From Klebsiella phage KMI7, in sequence record MN101221.1: a stretch of DNA of 64,000 nt; one strand, 5' to 3'. A program made the translations under genes and the position numbers. Positions 1 through 9,306 of the stretch are shown here, one piece after another. How positions within the stretch are numbered: the first letter of the stretch is position 1; every line of letters begins with the position of its first letter. The notes below the pieces were generated by a model. The model ran no database searches. It saw only the letters and a program-made list of their open reading frames with translations, and was not told the origin of the DNA.

Positions 1-1
1 T

Positions 2-130
2 GGGAACCACGATCCGGAAAAAATGAGCGTCACGCGCCGTACATGCGGTTATTTGGGTGCTCCTGCTGTCCGTGGGTTCAACGAAGGTAAGAACAAAGAA
101 ATGATGCATCGCATTAAGCATCAAAATTAA
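2..130 (+). CDS. nrdD: Anaerobic ribonucleoside-triphosphate reductase NrdD, C-terminal fragment (5' end outside window)
   Basis: Frame-2 translation ...TRRTCGYLGAPAVRGFNEGKNKEMMHRIKHQN* carries the glycyl-radical RxCGYxG motif of NrdD C-termini; TAA stop at 128-130. Confidence 0.75.
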   Translation, partial: GNHDPEKMSVTRRTCGYLGAPAVRGFNEGKNKEMMHRIKHQN

Positions 131-140
131 TCAAAAAGCC

Positions 141-190
141 CTTGACTTCGGTTGAGGGCTTTTGTTATATTGGGCCTATCGAAAAAGGAG
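141..190 (+). promoter_or_regulatory. Hairpin/early-promoter cassette copy 1: UUCG-loop stem 145-170 with TTGACT -35 in the stem, spacer 17, TATATT -10, leader ATCGAAAAAGGAG
   Basis: aaagcccTTGACTtcggttgagggcttttgtTATATT seen directly; six further copies elsewhere in window. Confidence 0.7.
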
Positions 191-197
191 ACATATT

Positions 198-440
198 ATG
201 AAACTGACTAAGAAAATGACCGATGTAGTGGCATGTGCGTTTGCATTAGGCTACAAAGTTGAAAATCATCCAACTCGCGTTGAAGTCATCAACCCTATCA
301 AGGGCCGTCCTGGTTTGGTTCTGTGTGAAGACGGTACAGCATATCGTAATGATGTCTCTTTAGAACTGGCAACTACTATCCGCACCGCAAAACAAATGAA
401 AGATGTTCTCATTAGCGGCGCAAAATTGAGGGCTTTATGA
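198..440 (+). CDS. hypothetical protein (80 aa)
   Basis: ATG at 198 preceded by AAAAAGGAGA RBS; track ORF 162..440 extended by upstream alternative start. Confidence 0.6.
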   Translation: MKLTKKMTDVVACAFALGYKVENHPTRVEVINPIKGRPGLVLCEDGTAYRNDVSLELATTIRTAKQMKDVLISGAKLRAL

Positions 441-934
441 TGTATTGGACAAAAGATAAATTTGTTTTTCGTGATGATACGTGCTTTGGGACTGCATACC
501 GAAACTTAGCTATTCGTGGAGGTTCGTTTTCGGCTAATGATTTGTCTAAGGTAGTATTTCCTATTAAAGTTACTGAGTATGACGTATTCGGTGTTAAAGG
601 GTTTACTGATTACTTTGGTACAAAGTTTGAATCAGAATCCTACATTTTTACTAATAGCGATCGTGAATTGTTCAAAAAACACGTTGTTGTTAAAGAAAAA
701 CCGCTATTACCAAAAGAAGATGAAGCAAAGGAAATCTATGATCTCCTGAACATGCTTGATAATCTCGGTACGTGTCATCTGTTCGGTAAACGCGCCCGTA
801 AAGCGAAAGATGTTCTCAACCTGTTACGCTCTCGCCGTAATTATCTGATCCGGGAAGCGGAACGTAATCTGAAAAATTCAGAAAAACAAGTTGATTTTCA
901 TAAATCAACCCTTGCGAAATTAAAGGCTTTGTGA
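437..934 (+). CDS. hypothetical protein (165 aa)
   Basis: ORF with ATGA start/stop coupling to neighbours. Confidence 0.55.
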   Translation: MMYWTKDKFVFRDDTCFGTAYRNLAIRGGSFSANDLSKVVFPIKVTEYDVFGVKGFTDYFGTKFESESYIFTNSDRELFKKHVVVKEKPLLPKEDEAKEIYDLLNMLDNLGTCHLFGKRARKAKDVLNLLRSRRNYLIREAERNLKNSEKQVDFHKSTLAKLKAL

Positions 935-1140
935 TGTTTCCGTTATACGCTAAAGTGCGTCGAAATGTCGGGAATTCATATCAAGAATGGAGTGAATGGC
1001 TACGTGAAACAAAGTCATTCTACATTTCAAAAGCAACTGATATGAAAGGCCGTAACATTCGCTATCGTAAACCCAGTGGTAAACGAGTGAATGGGATAGA
1101 TTACATTGTTCTTGATTCGATTCGGGATGATATAAAATGA
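931..1140 (+). CDS. hypothetical protein (69 aa)
   Basis: ORF, ATGA overlap coupling. Confidence 0.5.
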   Translation: MMFPLYAKVRRNVGNSYQEWSEWLRETKSFYISKATDMKGRNIRYRKPSGKRVNGIDYIVLDSIRDDIK

Positions 1141-1649
1141 TTAGCAAGATCCTTGATAAGTTATTTCCTTCCCGTGTTGCTGAACGCGAGAAGAGACAAA
1201 ATCGTTTTCAGAACGCTATTGACTATCTCGAAGAAATTCGATTTCAGAAATTCCTTGAAGATAAAAAGATGCGTGAAGACGAGAAGCACCCAAATTCTAA
1301 AATGGCTGACGGTGTAACAAAATGTGCGGTTGGTCGGACGTGGAAACGAAAAGACTACAAGGATCTTGTTTCTGCTATACCACGCGGAAGCCTGGAAGAT
1401 TACTCAAAAGCAACGGGCCGATCTTATACCGGATGCCTTAACAGACTCTGTATGATTGGTGTTGTTAAGAGAATGACTCCTACGTATAATCATGTTTATA
1501 TGGCTATCGTAAAGAAAAGAAGGTTGCAATTCTATGCAGCATCTGGGGAATCTATCAATCTAATTGATGATTTAATTGAAGTTGGGTATGTAGACGACGG
1601 GAAAATTTTAAAAGCTCCTGATTATCTACGTGGTAAACTATTGAAATAG
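1137..1649 (+). CDS. hypothetical protein (170 aa)
   Basis: ORF, ATGA overlap with upstream gene. Confidence 0.55.
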   Translation: MISKILDKLFPSRVAEREKRQNRFQNAIDYLEEIRFQKFLEDKKMREDEKHPNSKMADGVTKCAVGRTWKRKDYKDLVSAIPRGSLEDYSKATGRSYTGCLNRLCMIGVVKRMTPTYNHVYMAIVKKRRLQFYAASGESINLIDDLIEVGYVDDGKILKAPDYLRGKLLK

Positions 1650-1658
1650 GTATAAATT

Positions 1659-1910
1659 ATGATTTTCAACAAAGCAAATTCACGTAATTTGAACTATCTA
1701 CGCTGTGAACTGGAAGCTAACGAAATTGAACTGTTTTTCTGTGGGGCTACAGATCCGGAACACAAATTGCATTGGGTATCAGGTGAGATTATAAGCCTAA
1801 CCGATCAGATTGTCGAAGAGGCTACCCGCCGCGATGCAATCGTTAAAATTGGTGCTGTTGATGTGAACTATGAAGGACATCCTTCATTTTTCATTCAATA
1901 CTATCCATAA
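1659..1910 (+). CDS. hypothetical protein (83 aa)
   Basis: ORF with GGTATAAATT upstream and ATG at 1659. Confidence 0.5.
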   Translation: MIFNKANSRNLNYLRCELEANEIELFFCGATDPEHKLHWVSGEIISLTDQIVEEATRRDAIVKIGAVDVNYEGHPSFFIQYYP

Positions 1911-1915
1911 AAGTA

Positions 1916-1944
1916 TTGACATGTATATCTGAATGTAGTAACAT
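1916..1944 (+). promoter_or_regulatory. sigma70-type early promoter (TTGACA-17-TAACAT)
   Basis: TTGACA at 1916-1921 and TAnnnT hexamer 17 nt downstream, directly upstream of RBS AAGGAGG and ATG 1971. Confidence 0.5.
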
Positions 1945-1970
1945 CCTTCTTGTCAACTAAGGAGGATGTT

Positions 1971-2165
1971 ATGAAAATCAAAAACACTGCTACTGAAACT
2001 CTTTGCAACGAAATTGCAGAAATGTACTGGAGTAAAGGTCACTTAGAGGCTATGAAAGAGTTTCAAAAGTGGTGTGATACCCAAAAGTTAGCTAAATGGG
2101 AATACATCGTTATTGTTGAACGGATCAAAGAACTGATCCTCGTGAAGAAAGGTAACATGAAATGA
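1971..2165 (+). CDS. hypothetical protein (64 aa)
   Basis: ATG 1971 with AAGGAGG RBS; track start 1950 is an upstream TTG. Confidence 0.55.
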   Translation: MKIKNTATETLCNEIAEMYWSKGHLEAMKEFQKWCDTQKLAKWEYIVIVERIKELILVKKGNMK

Positions 2166-2689
2166 TTCAACTGAAATTAGACACAAATGCGGTGTTAAGC
2201 CTGTTTCCAGAAGGTTCAACCGCTCGCGTAGATCTCCAATCTGCTATCATCAAAAACGTGGTGAATAGCGTGGTTGGTAAGCGTGTTAGCGAAGAAATCA
2301 ACAAACGGATCCAGGAACAGTTAGCTGTTCTAATGCCGAACTCATCCGAAATTACACAGATCATCAAATCTGAATTCTCGGATTACGTCGAAAAACGTTA
2401 TGGGTATTCTAATGTTTTCGATGTCAATTATGGCAATATTCGCGAACTGTCTGGTAAAATCAAAGAATCGGTAAAACAGCAATGCCAAACCATTCTTAAA
2501 GATATCGAGAAAGAGGCGATTGCTCATGCAACAGAAAACATTATTGCAGACGAAGCCGCGTTTATCGCTCGCGTCTCGAATAACCTGGAAGTTACTGTAC
2601 GCAAAGCAGTAACGCAACGGGTTAACACTCAGTTCCCAGACATTATTGACGAAGCGATCAGAGAACGTCTGTTTGGTGAAAAAGCATGA
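2162..2689 (+). CDS. hypothetical protein (175 aa)
   Basis: ORF, ATGA coupling. Confidence 0.55.
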   Translation: MIQLKLDTNAVLSLFPEGSTARVDLQSAIIKNVVNSVVGKRVSEEINKRIQEQLAVLMPNSSEITQIIKSEFSDYVEKRYGYSNVFDVNYGNIRELSGKIKESVKQQCQTILKDIEKEAIAHATENIIADEAAFIARVSNNLEVTVRKAVTQRVNTQFPDIIDEAIRERLFGEKA

Positions 2690-3177
2690 ATTACGACCGC
2701 ATCTATAATATGGATGTGGTCAACGGAAAAGGGATCCGTGTTGTTTTGTTTGTGACTGGATGCAATCATAAATGCGAAGGTTGTTATAACAAATCGACGT
2801 GGAACCCTTGCAACGGAACACCGTACACGGAAGAGACAGAAAACCATCTGATTTCTCTGTTGAGTAATCCGCATGTTGATGGACTTACATTAACTGGCGG
2901 CGATCCGCTTTACCGTGACAACTATCCTACTATCCTAAAACTGCTTGAGCGCGTTTCTAAGGAACTTCCAAAGAAAAACGTATGGTTATGGACAGGATAT
3001 ACCCTGGAGGCTTTACAGGCCGACCCAGAACGTTCTAAGCTACTTCCTTACATTGATGTTCTGATTGATGGTAAGTATGAAAAAGATTTGCCAACGAAAA
3101 AGCCGTTTCGCGGTTCAGATAATCAACGTATGATCGAATTCGCTAAAAATTCGATAGAAATTAAAAATATTGCTTGA
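2686..3177 (+). CDS. nrdG: Anaerobic ribonucleotide reductase activating protein NrdG (radical SAM)
   Basis: CNHKCEGCYN = CxxxCxxC radical-SAM cluster motif; size and context (nrdD upstream) match T4 NrdG. Confidence 0.85.
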   Translation: MNYDRIYNMDVVNGKGIRVVLFVTGCNHKCEGCYNKSTWNPCNGTPYTEETENHLISLLSNPHVDGLTLTGGDPLYRDNYPTILKLLERVSKELPKKNVWLWTGYTLEALQADPERSKLLPYIDVLIDGKYEKDLPTKKPFRGSDNQRMIEFAKNSIEIKNIA

Positions 3178-3246
3178 CCTAATGTGTAACTATGGTAATC
3201 TTACCACATCGTAAATGACGATTAACTTTAATTGAGAGATAATATC

Positions 3247-4206
3247 ATGATCCTGAATTTCAAAACCCGTAAAGAAGCGCGTAACTACTGCTGGAAGTGG
3301 AACATTCCCCTGAAAACTATCCGTAATACAGGGCGCGGTTCTTGCCCGTGGACAGTTCAAGCAAATGAACTGAAAACGTTCGTGGTTGGTAAAACTTACA
3401 AACTGGTTGACCGTGAAGGGTTTACTACCAATTCACACGGCGGATCTAACACCGCAAACACTATCCAAGCGAGACAGATCGAAAAATTCCTGAATAACGA
3501 GGTAAAAATTATCTCGAAAACCAATTCAGATACTTTCAAAATTGAGCATACTCCGGAAATGACTTTTAGCTCTCTGCGTTCGTGGGAAGCTCGTTATTTC
3601 GTTGAAGTTGGCGCGGCTCCGGTTAAGAAAACGAAAGCTAAACCGAAAAAAACCAACGTTACGGCTCCGGTTGCGCCTGTTGCACCAGTAACCGCAGATC
3701 TTGATCAAATGCTTGATGGTGGTTCGGCAATGTCGGTTGAATTAAATCCGACTGAATTTGTTGAAGGCCGTTCGTATGTTCTGGTTAAACCGCAGCAATT
3801 TAAAAATCGTTGTGGTGCTAACCACGGGATCAAATCATATACCGATGAACACAGTAATGGTGTATACACCGTTTACCATACGAATAATCTCAATCAACAT
3901 CAATTGAGCAAAACGGTAGAAACCATTGATTCCCAGACAGGGAAAGTTGGTTACTATCTGGTTGATTCTGAACGTTCGTTCTTCCGTGAACTGGCGACCG
4001 GAACTGCTGATGAACCTGTTAGCGTTTCCGGTAATAGCGCTATCGCTATCAACGTAGACGAAGCGGCTAAGAAAGAAGAAATCGCAAAAGCAATGGCACA
4101 GCTTGAAGAAGCGGTTAAAGCCCATGATGACGCGCTTCAAAATCTGCGTACTGCTTCCGACCTGGTTCGCAAAGCTGCTCGTAAAGTAGCAGAAGTAAGC
4201 AAGTAA
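3247..4206 (+). CDS. hypothetical protein with two repeated N-terminal modules, APVAPVAPV linker and C-terminal coiled coil
   Basis: ORF; ATG 3247 after GAGAG; internal repeat FVVGKTYKLV / FVEGRSYVLV. Confidence 0.55.
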   Translation: MILNFKTRKEARNYCWKWNIPLKTIRNTGRGSCPWTVQANELKTFVVGKTYKLVDREGFTTNSHGGSNTANTIQARQIEKFLNNEVKIISKTNSDTFKIEHTPEMTFSSLRSWEARYFVEVGAAPVKKTKAKPKKTNVTAPVAPVAPVTADLDQMLDGGSAMSVELNPTEFVEGRSYVLVKPQQFKNRCGANHGIKSYTDEHSNGVYTVYHTNNLNQHQLSKTVETIDSQTGKVGYYLVDSERSFFRELATGTADEPVSVSGNSAIAINVDEAAKKEEIAKAMAQLEEAVKAHDDALQNLRTASDLVRKAARKVAEVSK

Positions 4207-4212
4207 ATTAAA

Positions 4213-4236
4213 CTGGGTGCTCCGGCACCCTTTTTA
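4213..4236 (+). terminator. rho-independent terminator (GGGTGC-UCCG-GCACCC + U5)
   Basis: GC hairpin followed by TTTTT seen in sequence. Confidence 0.7.
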
Positions 4237-4247
4237 TGAGGTGACAC

Positions 4248-4916
4248 ATGGAATTATTAGAAGGTAAATCTTATACCCTGAACATCGACGCTAAAGAATT
4301 TGCAGAAAAAACCTGGCGAAATGCTTTAGCTGAATTGATCAAAAACAACGGCTATATCACAATCGATCGTATTGCTATTGGGGATACTGAGGACATTGCT
4401 TATGTTCTGCAAGATGATTTCGAATATGAGATCCCTAGCCATATCTGGAAATACTTCAAACCATATGATTTGCCGGAAGAAGAACCGAAGATCGCTACTA
4501 AAGAAGAAATCGCCGCGCCTGTTTTAAATTTTGTATCTTCTGATCCTAAAATGTGGATGACTGTAAAACCTGTTCAACAAGATATCAATGATCTGCGATT
4601 TGATTATCCTTTTGTCAAGCGGATCACTTCGATTTCTGTACTACCAGCGCCGACTGATTCACAGGCACTTGAATTTGCATTACAGCATGTTTTCGGTGAT
4701 AATAAGCTGTACGCGATTGACAAGGAAGCTGCTATTGATGAACAGAAAAAGGAAATCATCAACCTTCTTTCTCTGCATCAACAACTTGAAGCGGTGGAAT
4801 TGATTGAGCGTATGCTTTCTGATACAAAGAAAGATATCATTAGCAAAATCACTCCGGCACGAAGGAAAGCAATTGATGAAAATCGAGATTTACGGTATTC
4901 CCGAATCGCTTCATAA
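4248..4916 (+). CDS. hypothetical protein (222 aa)
   Basis: ORF with GAGGTGA RBS; N-terminus MELLEGKSYTL resembles the repeated module of the upstream gene. Confidence 0.6.
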   Translation: MELLEGKSYTLNIDAKEFAEKTWRNALAELIKNNGYITIDRIAIGDTEDIAYVLQDDFEYEIPSHIWKYFKPYDLPEEEPKIATKEEIAAPVLNFVSSDPKMWMTVKPVQQDINDLRFDYPFVKRITSISVLPAPTDSQALEFALQHVFGDNKLYAIDKEAAIDEQKKEIINLLSLHQQLEAVELIERMLSDTKKDIISKITPARRKAIDENRDLRYSRIAS

Positions 4917-5157
4917 ATGTTACGGCTGTATTGAAGCTCGGAAATTACTTGATGATCATGGATTAGAATACGAATTTTATTCTGTTCTAAAGCCAGCAAA
5001 TAACAGTGTGGGGTTTGATTACGATCGACCCCGCATTGAAGAGTTAGCGAAACGTGTTCGTAGTCGAAGCATGGCATTTACTTACCCTCGGATCTTTGTA
5101 GATGGTAATTTTATTGGCGGTTATATGCAATTGAAAGAGTATTTGGGTGAAGCATGA
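4876..5157 (+). CDS. nrdC: Glutaredoxin/thioredoxin NrdC
   Basis: MKIEIYGIPESLHKCYGCIEARKLL... aligns to T4 NrdC (MFKVYGYDSNIHKCVYCDNAKRLL), CxxC active site, C-terminal GGYMQLKEYL. Confidence 0.85.
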   Translation: MKIEIYGIPESLHKCYGCIEARKLLDDHGLEYEFYSVLKPANNSVGFDYDRPRIEELAKRVRSRSMAFTYPRIFVDGNFIGGYMQLKEYLGEA

Positions 5158-5453
5158 ATAAAGAATACATTCGCAAAGTAGCAAACGCTATTCACGCAAC
5201 AACGATTGATTTTATGGAAGGATTTGATCATATTATCCATCCCGAAACGTTGGATAGTTGGGAAGCCAAACTGTTTAAAAGCATCAATGAACAGTTTCCG
5301 GAAAAAGTTAAACGCTGGTTTGTTAGACAGGAAATCGTAGCAACGATCCTTAATGAACGTGGTGTTGAGGCGTTCGGTGTAACCCCTCTATATAAACGAA
5401 ACCAGATTACAGACGAAACAATCAAGAAATATAAAAAGATGGTTCGGAAGTAA
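5154..5453 (+). CDS. hypothetical protein (99 aa)
   Basis: ORF with ATGA coupling. Confidence 0.5.
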   Translation: MNKEYIRKVANAIHATTIDFMEGFDHIIHPETLDSWEAKLFKSINEQFPEKVKRWFVRQEIVATILNERGVEAFGVTPLYKRNQITDETIKKYKKMVRK

Positions 5454-5470
5454 TAAATAATCAGTTAAAT

Positions 5471-5489
5471 GGCCTTCGGGCCATTTTTT
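5471..5489 (+). terminator. rho-independent terminator (GGCC-UUCG-GGCC + U6)
   Basis: Hairpin + T-run immediately before late promoter. Confidence 0.7.
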
Positions 5490-5492
5490 GTA

Positions 5493-5500
5493 TATAAATA
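5493..5500 (+). promoter_or_regulatory. T4-type late promoter TATAAATA for gene 34
   Basis: Exact TATAAATA about 30 nt upstream of gene 34 ATG. Confidence 0.8.
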
Positions 5501-5532
5501 TTGGTATTGAATACAATATAGGAAAAAAGATA

Positions 5533-8500
5533 ATGGTAGCTAAATCATTCCGCGCACGAAGTGGCCTTGATGCCGCTGGTGAAAAAGTTATCAACGTTGG
5601 GAAGGCTGATCGTAATACGCTGAGTGACGGCGTTAACGTTGACTTTTTCAATGAATTTAACGGAATCCAGCAGTATGACCCGACCCGTGGTTATTCTCAA
5701 GACATGGCGATCATTTATGCGCGTCGTATCTGGTACGCAAAACAGAATATTGCTTCCCCTGCTGGGGCTTTCGACGAATCCAAATGGATCGCAACTCGTA
5801 ATGACCCGAAATGGGTTTATAGTAACGTAACCACTCCAGACGGTAGCATTATTGAATCTGGTAGTTACATTATGGCTGATGGGCGCTTTACTGAACTTCT
5901 GTACCTGCTGCCGGACAACCCGACAGAGGGCGACGTAATCACGTTTAAAGATTGCGGTGGTTTAGTAGGTGTGAACAGTATCCTTGTTAAGTCTAACACC
6001 CGTCAAATCCGTTTACGTGCGGTACAATCGGCACAGTATAGACTGACCCACCCGTACATGATCGCAACGTTTATCTATAACGGTAACGTATGGCGTGTTG
6101 CTGAAACTCTGGACAACCGTGATTCTGAGATCGTGAACGCAACCGGAACAGGTTCATTCCAGTTACAATCTGGTATGACAGTTTTCCGTAACAGTGCTAC
6201 AGGTAAAATCACTCTCCAGTTGCCGAAATATGCAAATGATGGTGATGTGATCACAACCTATGACGCTGATAAAATGAACTCTATCAACGTAGCCGTGTTG
6301 CAGATTTATCCAGGTAGTGGACACACTATTTCTGATGGTGCAAGTACTGGTGTTACTTCGGTAACTAGCCAGAAATCCGGCTTTGGTATGTTCATTTTTG
6401 ATGCACAGAATAGCCAATGGAAAGTATATGATGCTGATAACCGTGTTCGTCTGCGTCGTATCTATAGTGATTTAAACGCAGTTCCTAACGATTACGTTTT
6501 TGTTACTGCAAACCCTTCTGGGACTATACCAAACGTTACAGTTACCCTTCCAACTGATGTTGCTGATGGTGATCGCGTTTACGTATCCCTTTACATGATG
6601 GGTAAAAACCAGAACTGTACAATCAAAGTTAAAGATGGTACAACGGACAAGATCCGCACCAACAAAAATATGATGAAGTTCCCGCAGCGCAAAGATTATC
6701 CGCCTGATGATTGGTTTAGTGTAACTTCATTAGCCTTTAATGCTGGTAGTGATTACCTCCCGTATATCGAGTTTTCTTATCTGAAAGCTACGAAAGAATG
6801 GGTTGTTGCTAATTATCGTCCAATCGTTGAACGTGTTGATGCAACGAACAGATCGCGTACTGGTGTTATTGCTCTTGCTGCACAGGCAGAAGTAAACAAA
6901 AACTTGGAAGATAACCCGAACGACGAAACCGCTATTACTCCGATGACGTTAGCAAATAAAACTGCTACTGAAACCCGTCGTGGTATTGCGCGTTTAGCAA
7001 CAACTGCCGAGGTTAACAAACTTTCAACCGATACCTATCTGGATGATGTGATTGTTACCCCTAAGAAGCTGAACGAAAGAACAGCAACTGAAACCCGTCG
7101 TGGGCTGGCAGAAATCGCAACTCAGGCAGAAACCAACGGAAGCACCGATGATATTACTATTGTAACCCCTAAAAAGTTGCATAACCGTATTGCATCGCCG
7201 ACCTTGACTGGTATCCTTGCCCTTGTTGCTACTGGTGGTGCTCCTAACACCAACACGGATCGTGCTCAGGCTGGTACTGGGGTTTATGATCATTCAGATT
7301 ATCAGAAAGCGGTAACGCCTAAAACTCTTCGTGAGTATAAAGCGACTCAGTTACAATCCGGTGCTGTATGGCTGGCTTCTGAAACCGAAGTTATTAACGG
7401 TACTGTTGCAAGTTCAAACATTCCGACCGTTGTTACTCCGGAAATGCTGCACAAGAAAACCTCTACTGATGGTCGTATTGGTTTGATCGAGATTGCTACC
7501 CAGGCAGAAACAAACGCAGGGACTGATTACACGCGAGCGGTAACGCCTAAAACGCTTAACGATCGTGCTGCAACGGAAACGCTGACAGGTATCATTGCAA
7601 TTGCAACCACTGCCGAAGTATCAGCAGGTACTGTAACGAATAAAGCGATCGTACCGTCTAAACTGAAAGGTTATCTGGACGATACAAGTCATATTACTGT
7701 TGCTACTGCTGACGGGTTAACTCAATCTGGTACTATCTGGACTACGGTTAACATCGGTATTCAATCAGCAACCGAAACTCAACGTGGTACTTTACGCGTT
7801 GCTACGCAGTCTGAGACGAACGCAGGGACATTAGATACAGTATTTGTCACCCCTAAGAAGTTACACGCTAAGAAAGCGACTGAGAGCGCAGAAGGTATCA
7901 TTCAGGTGGCTACGGCTGCTGAAACTACTGCTGGCACCGTTGCAAACAAGGCTGTTTCTCCTAAGAACTTGAAAAATACAATTCAGGTTGATACTTCATG
8001 GCAAGCTACCGATCTGGTACGTGGTACTGTGAAGCTGTCTAAGGGGCTTGGTACTTGGTCTGGTAATGATGTGGCTGGTTCTACTCTTCCGGATGATGGT
8101 TACGCCGCTGTAGGTGTTGCTGTTTCTCCGTATGAACTGAACTTAACACTGAAACACTATCTGCCGATCGGGGCTAAAGCGGTTGATGCTGACAAGCTGG
8201 ATAACCTGGATTCTTCCCAGTTCATTCGTCGTGATGTTGATCAGACGGTTAACGGGGCATTGACTCTAACGAAAGCAACCACTGTACAGGCTGACATTAA
8301 CTCAACCGCTGACGCAAGTTTCCGGGTAATGAATGTTAGTGGAGATCTGAACGTTGGTAACGGCTCTACGATGGGTAAACTTCGTTTGAATGGTGGATCA
8401 TCTAACGACTGGTCAATTCAAGCAAGTTCAGCCTCTGGGCGTATTGCAATGATCTCAACGGGTAACACTGGCACAGTTCATCTTTCTGTGTATAATGATA

Positions 8501-9306
8501 CTCGCGGCGTTGTCGCTAACGTTAAATTCCAGGCTCCTGAAATTCAGGCGATTAGCAAAGTGACTCTGGGTAATGATACAGTGATCACGGCTGCTGGTTC
8601 TGTTCTCTCTATGGGTACGAACAACAAGACAACTAAGATCCTAACTTCGGATGCTGGTAACATTTTGGCAGAAGAATCAGGGAACTCTTATAAAGTCTTT
8701 ACTGAGAAGAACGCGCAAACCTTGCTGAATCCTACGTATGTACGTAAAGCAGGTGATACGATGTCTGGACGGTTGACGATAAGCAACAGTTCAATTATCA
8801 TCGCAGGTCAAGCGGCTTGGTCAACGCTGGATGCAGTAACAGAAGCATCTAGGGGTAACTGGACGGCTGAGATCACAGCATCGGCGCAATACAACTTGCT
8901 CCCAGGTTATGCGGTTCCGGTTCTTGAACCAGACCCGATTAATCCGGATATCATGATTGTAACCCGTTATACCTATGTTAAAGCACCTGGTACTTTAACG
9001 CAGTTTGGTAACGGAACTGCATTCACTTATCAGATTTGGGCACCTCGTCCGACCTCTGGTACTGGTGTTAATGCGCTGGCGCAATCCTTCTGGATCCGTC
9101 AGATGAACCCAATCACAGGTAAATTTGACGAGTGGGGCCGCATGTATACGAGCAACAACCCGCCTACTGCTGGTGAGATTGGTGCAACGTCTGCTGTTGG
9201 TACTACGGTTAAAAACATGACTGTTACCGATTGGATCAAAGTTGGTAACGTTAGGATTTACCCAGATCCGGTTACTCAGACAGTTAAATTTGAGTGGGTG
9301 GCATAA
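5533..9306 (+). CDS. 34: Long tail fiber proximal subunit gp34
   Basis: Strong alignment to T4 gp34 (e.g. SRTGVIALAAQAEVN..TATETRRGIARLATTAEVN, tandem TETRRG-ATQAETNAGT repeats, C-terminal NVRIYPDPVTQTVKFEWVA); track start 5488 is an upstream ATG, RBS favours 5533. Confidence 0.95.
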   Translation: MVAKSFRARSGLDAAGEKVINVGKADRNTLSDGVNVDFFNEFNGIQQYDPTRGYSQDMAIIYARRIWYAKQNIASPAGAFDESKWIATRNDPKWVYSNVTTPDGSIIESGSYIMADGRFTELLYLLPDNPTEGDVITFKDCGGLVGVNSILVKSNTRQIRLRAVQSAQYRLTHPYMIATFIYNGNVWRVAETLDNRDSEIVNATGTGSFQLQSGMTVFRNSATGKITLQLPKYANDGDVITTYDADKMNSINVAVLQIYPGSGHTISDGASTGVTSVTSQKSGFGMFIFDAQNSQWKVYDADNRVRLRRIYSDLNAVPNDYVFVTANPSGTIPNVTVTLPTDVADGDRVYVSLYMMGKNQNCTIKVKDGTTDKIRTNKNMMKFPQRKDYPPDDWFSVTSLAFNAGSDYLPYIEFSYLKATKEWVVANYRPIVERVDATNRSRTGVIALAAQAEVNKNLEDNPNDETAITPMTLANKTATETRRGIARLATTAEVNKLSTDTYLDDVIVTPKKLNERTATETRRGLAEIATQAETNGSTDDITIVTPKKLHNRIASPTLTGILALVATGGAPNTNTDRAQAGTGVYDHSDYQKAVTPKTLREYKATQLQSGAVWLASETEVINGTVASSNIPTVVTPEMLHKKTSTDGRIGLIEIATQAETNAGTDYTRAVTPKTLNDRAATETLTGIIAIATTAEVSAGTVTNKAIVPSKLKGYLDDTSHITVATADGLTQSGTIWTTVNIGIQSATETQRGTLRVATQSETNAGTLDTVFVTPKKLHAKKATESAEGIIQVATAAETTAGTVANKAVSPKNLKNTIQVDTSWQATDLVRGTVKLSKGLGTWSGNDVAGSTLPDDGYAAVGVAVSPYELNLTLKHYLPIGAKAVDADKLDNLDSSQFIRRDVDQTVNGALTLTKATTVQADINSTADASFRVMNVSGDLNVGNGSTMGKLRLNGGSSNDWSIQASSASGRIAMISTGNTGTVHLSVYNDTRGVVANVKFQAPEIQAISKVTLGNDTVITAAGSVLSMGTNNKTTKILTSDAGNILAEESGNSYKVFTEKNAQTLLNPTYVRKAGDTMSGRLTISNSSIIIAGQAAWSTLDAVTEASRGNWTAEITASAQYNLLPGYAVPVLEPDPINPDIMIVTRYTYVKAPGTLTQFGNGTAFTYQIWAPRPTSGTGVNALAQSFWIRQMNPITGKFDEWGRMYTSNNPPTAGEIGATSAVGTTVKNMTVTDWIKVGNVRIYPDPVTQTVKFEWVA

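Noticed and set aside
6840-8000. Tandem nucleotide/peptide repeats (TATETRRG...ATQAETNAGT) that might be mistaken for a repeat array or CRISPR-like structure
   Set aside because: They are in-frame repeats inside gene 34 encoding the known repeated domains of the proximal tail-fibre shaft. No spacer/repeat periodicity and no cas genes.
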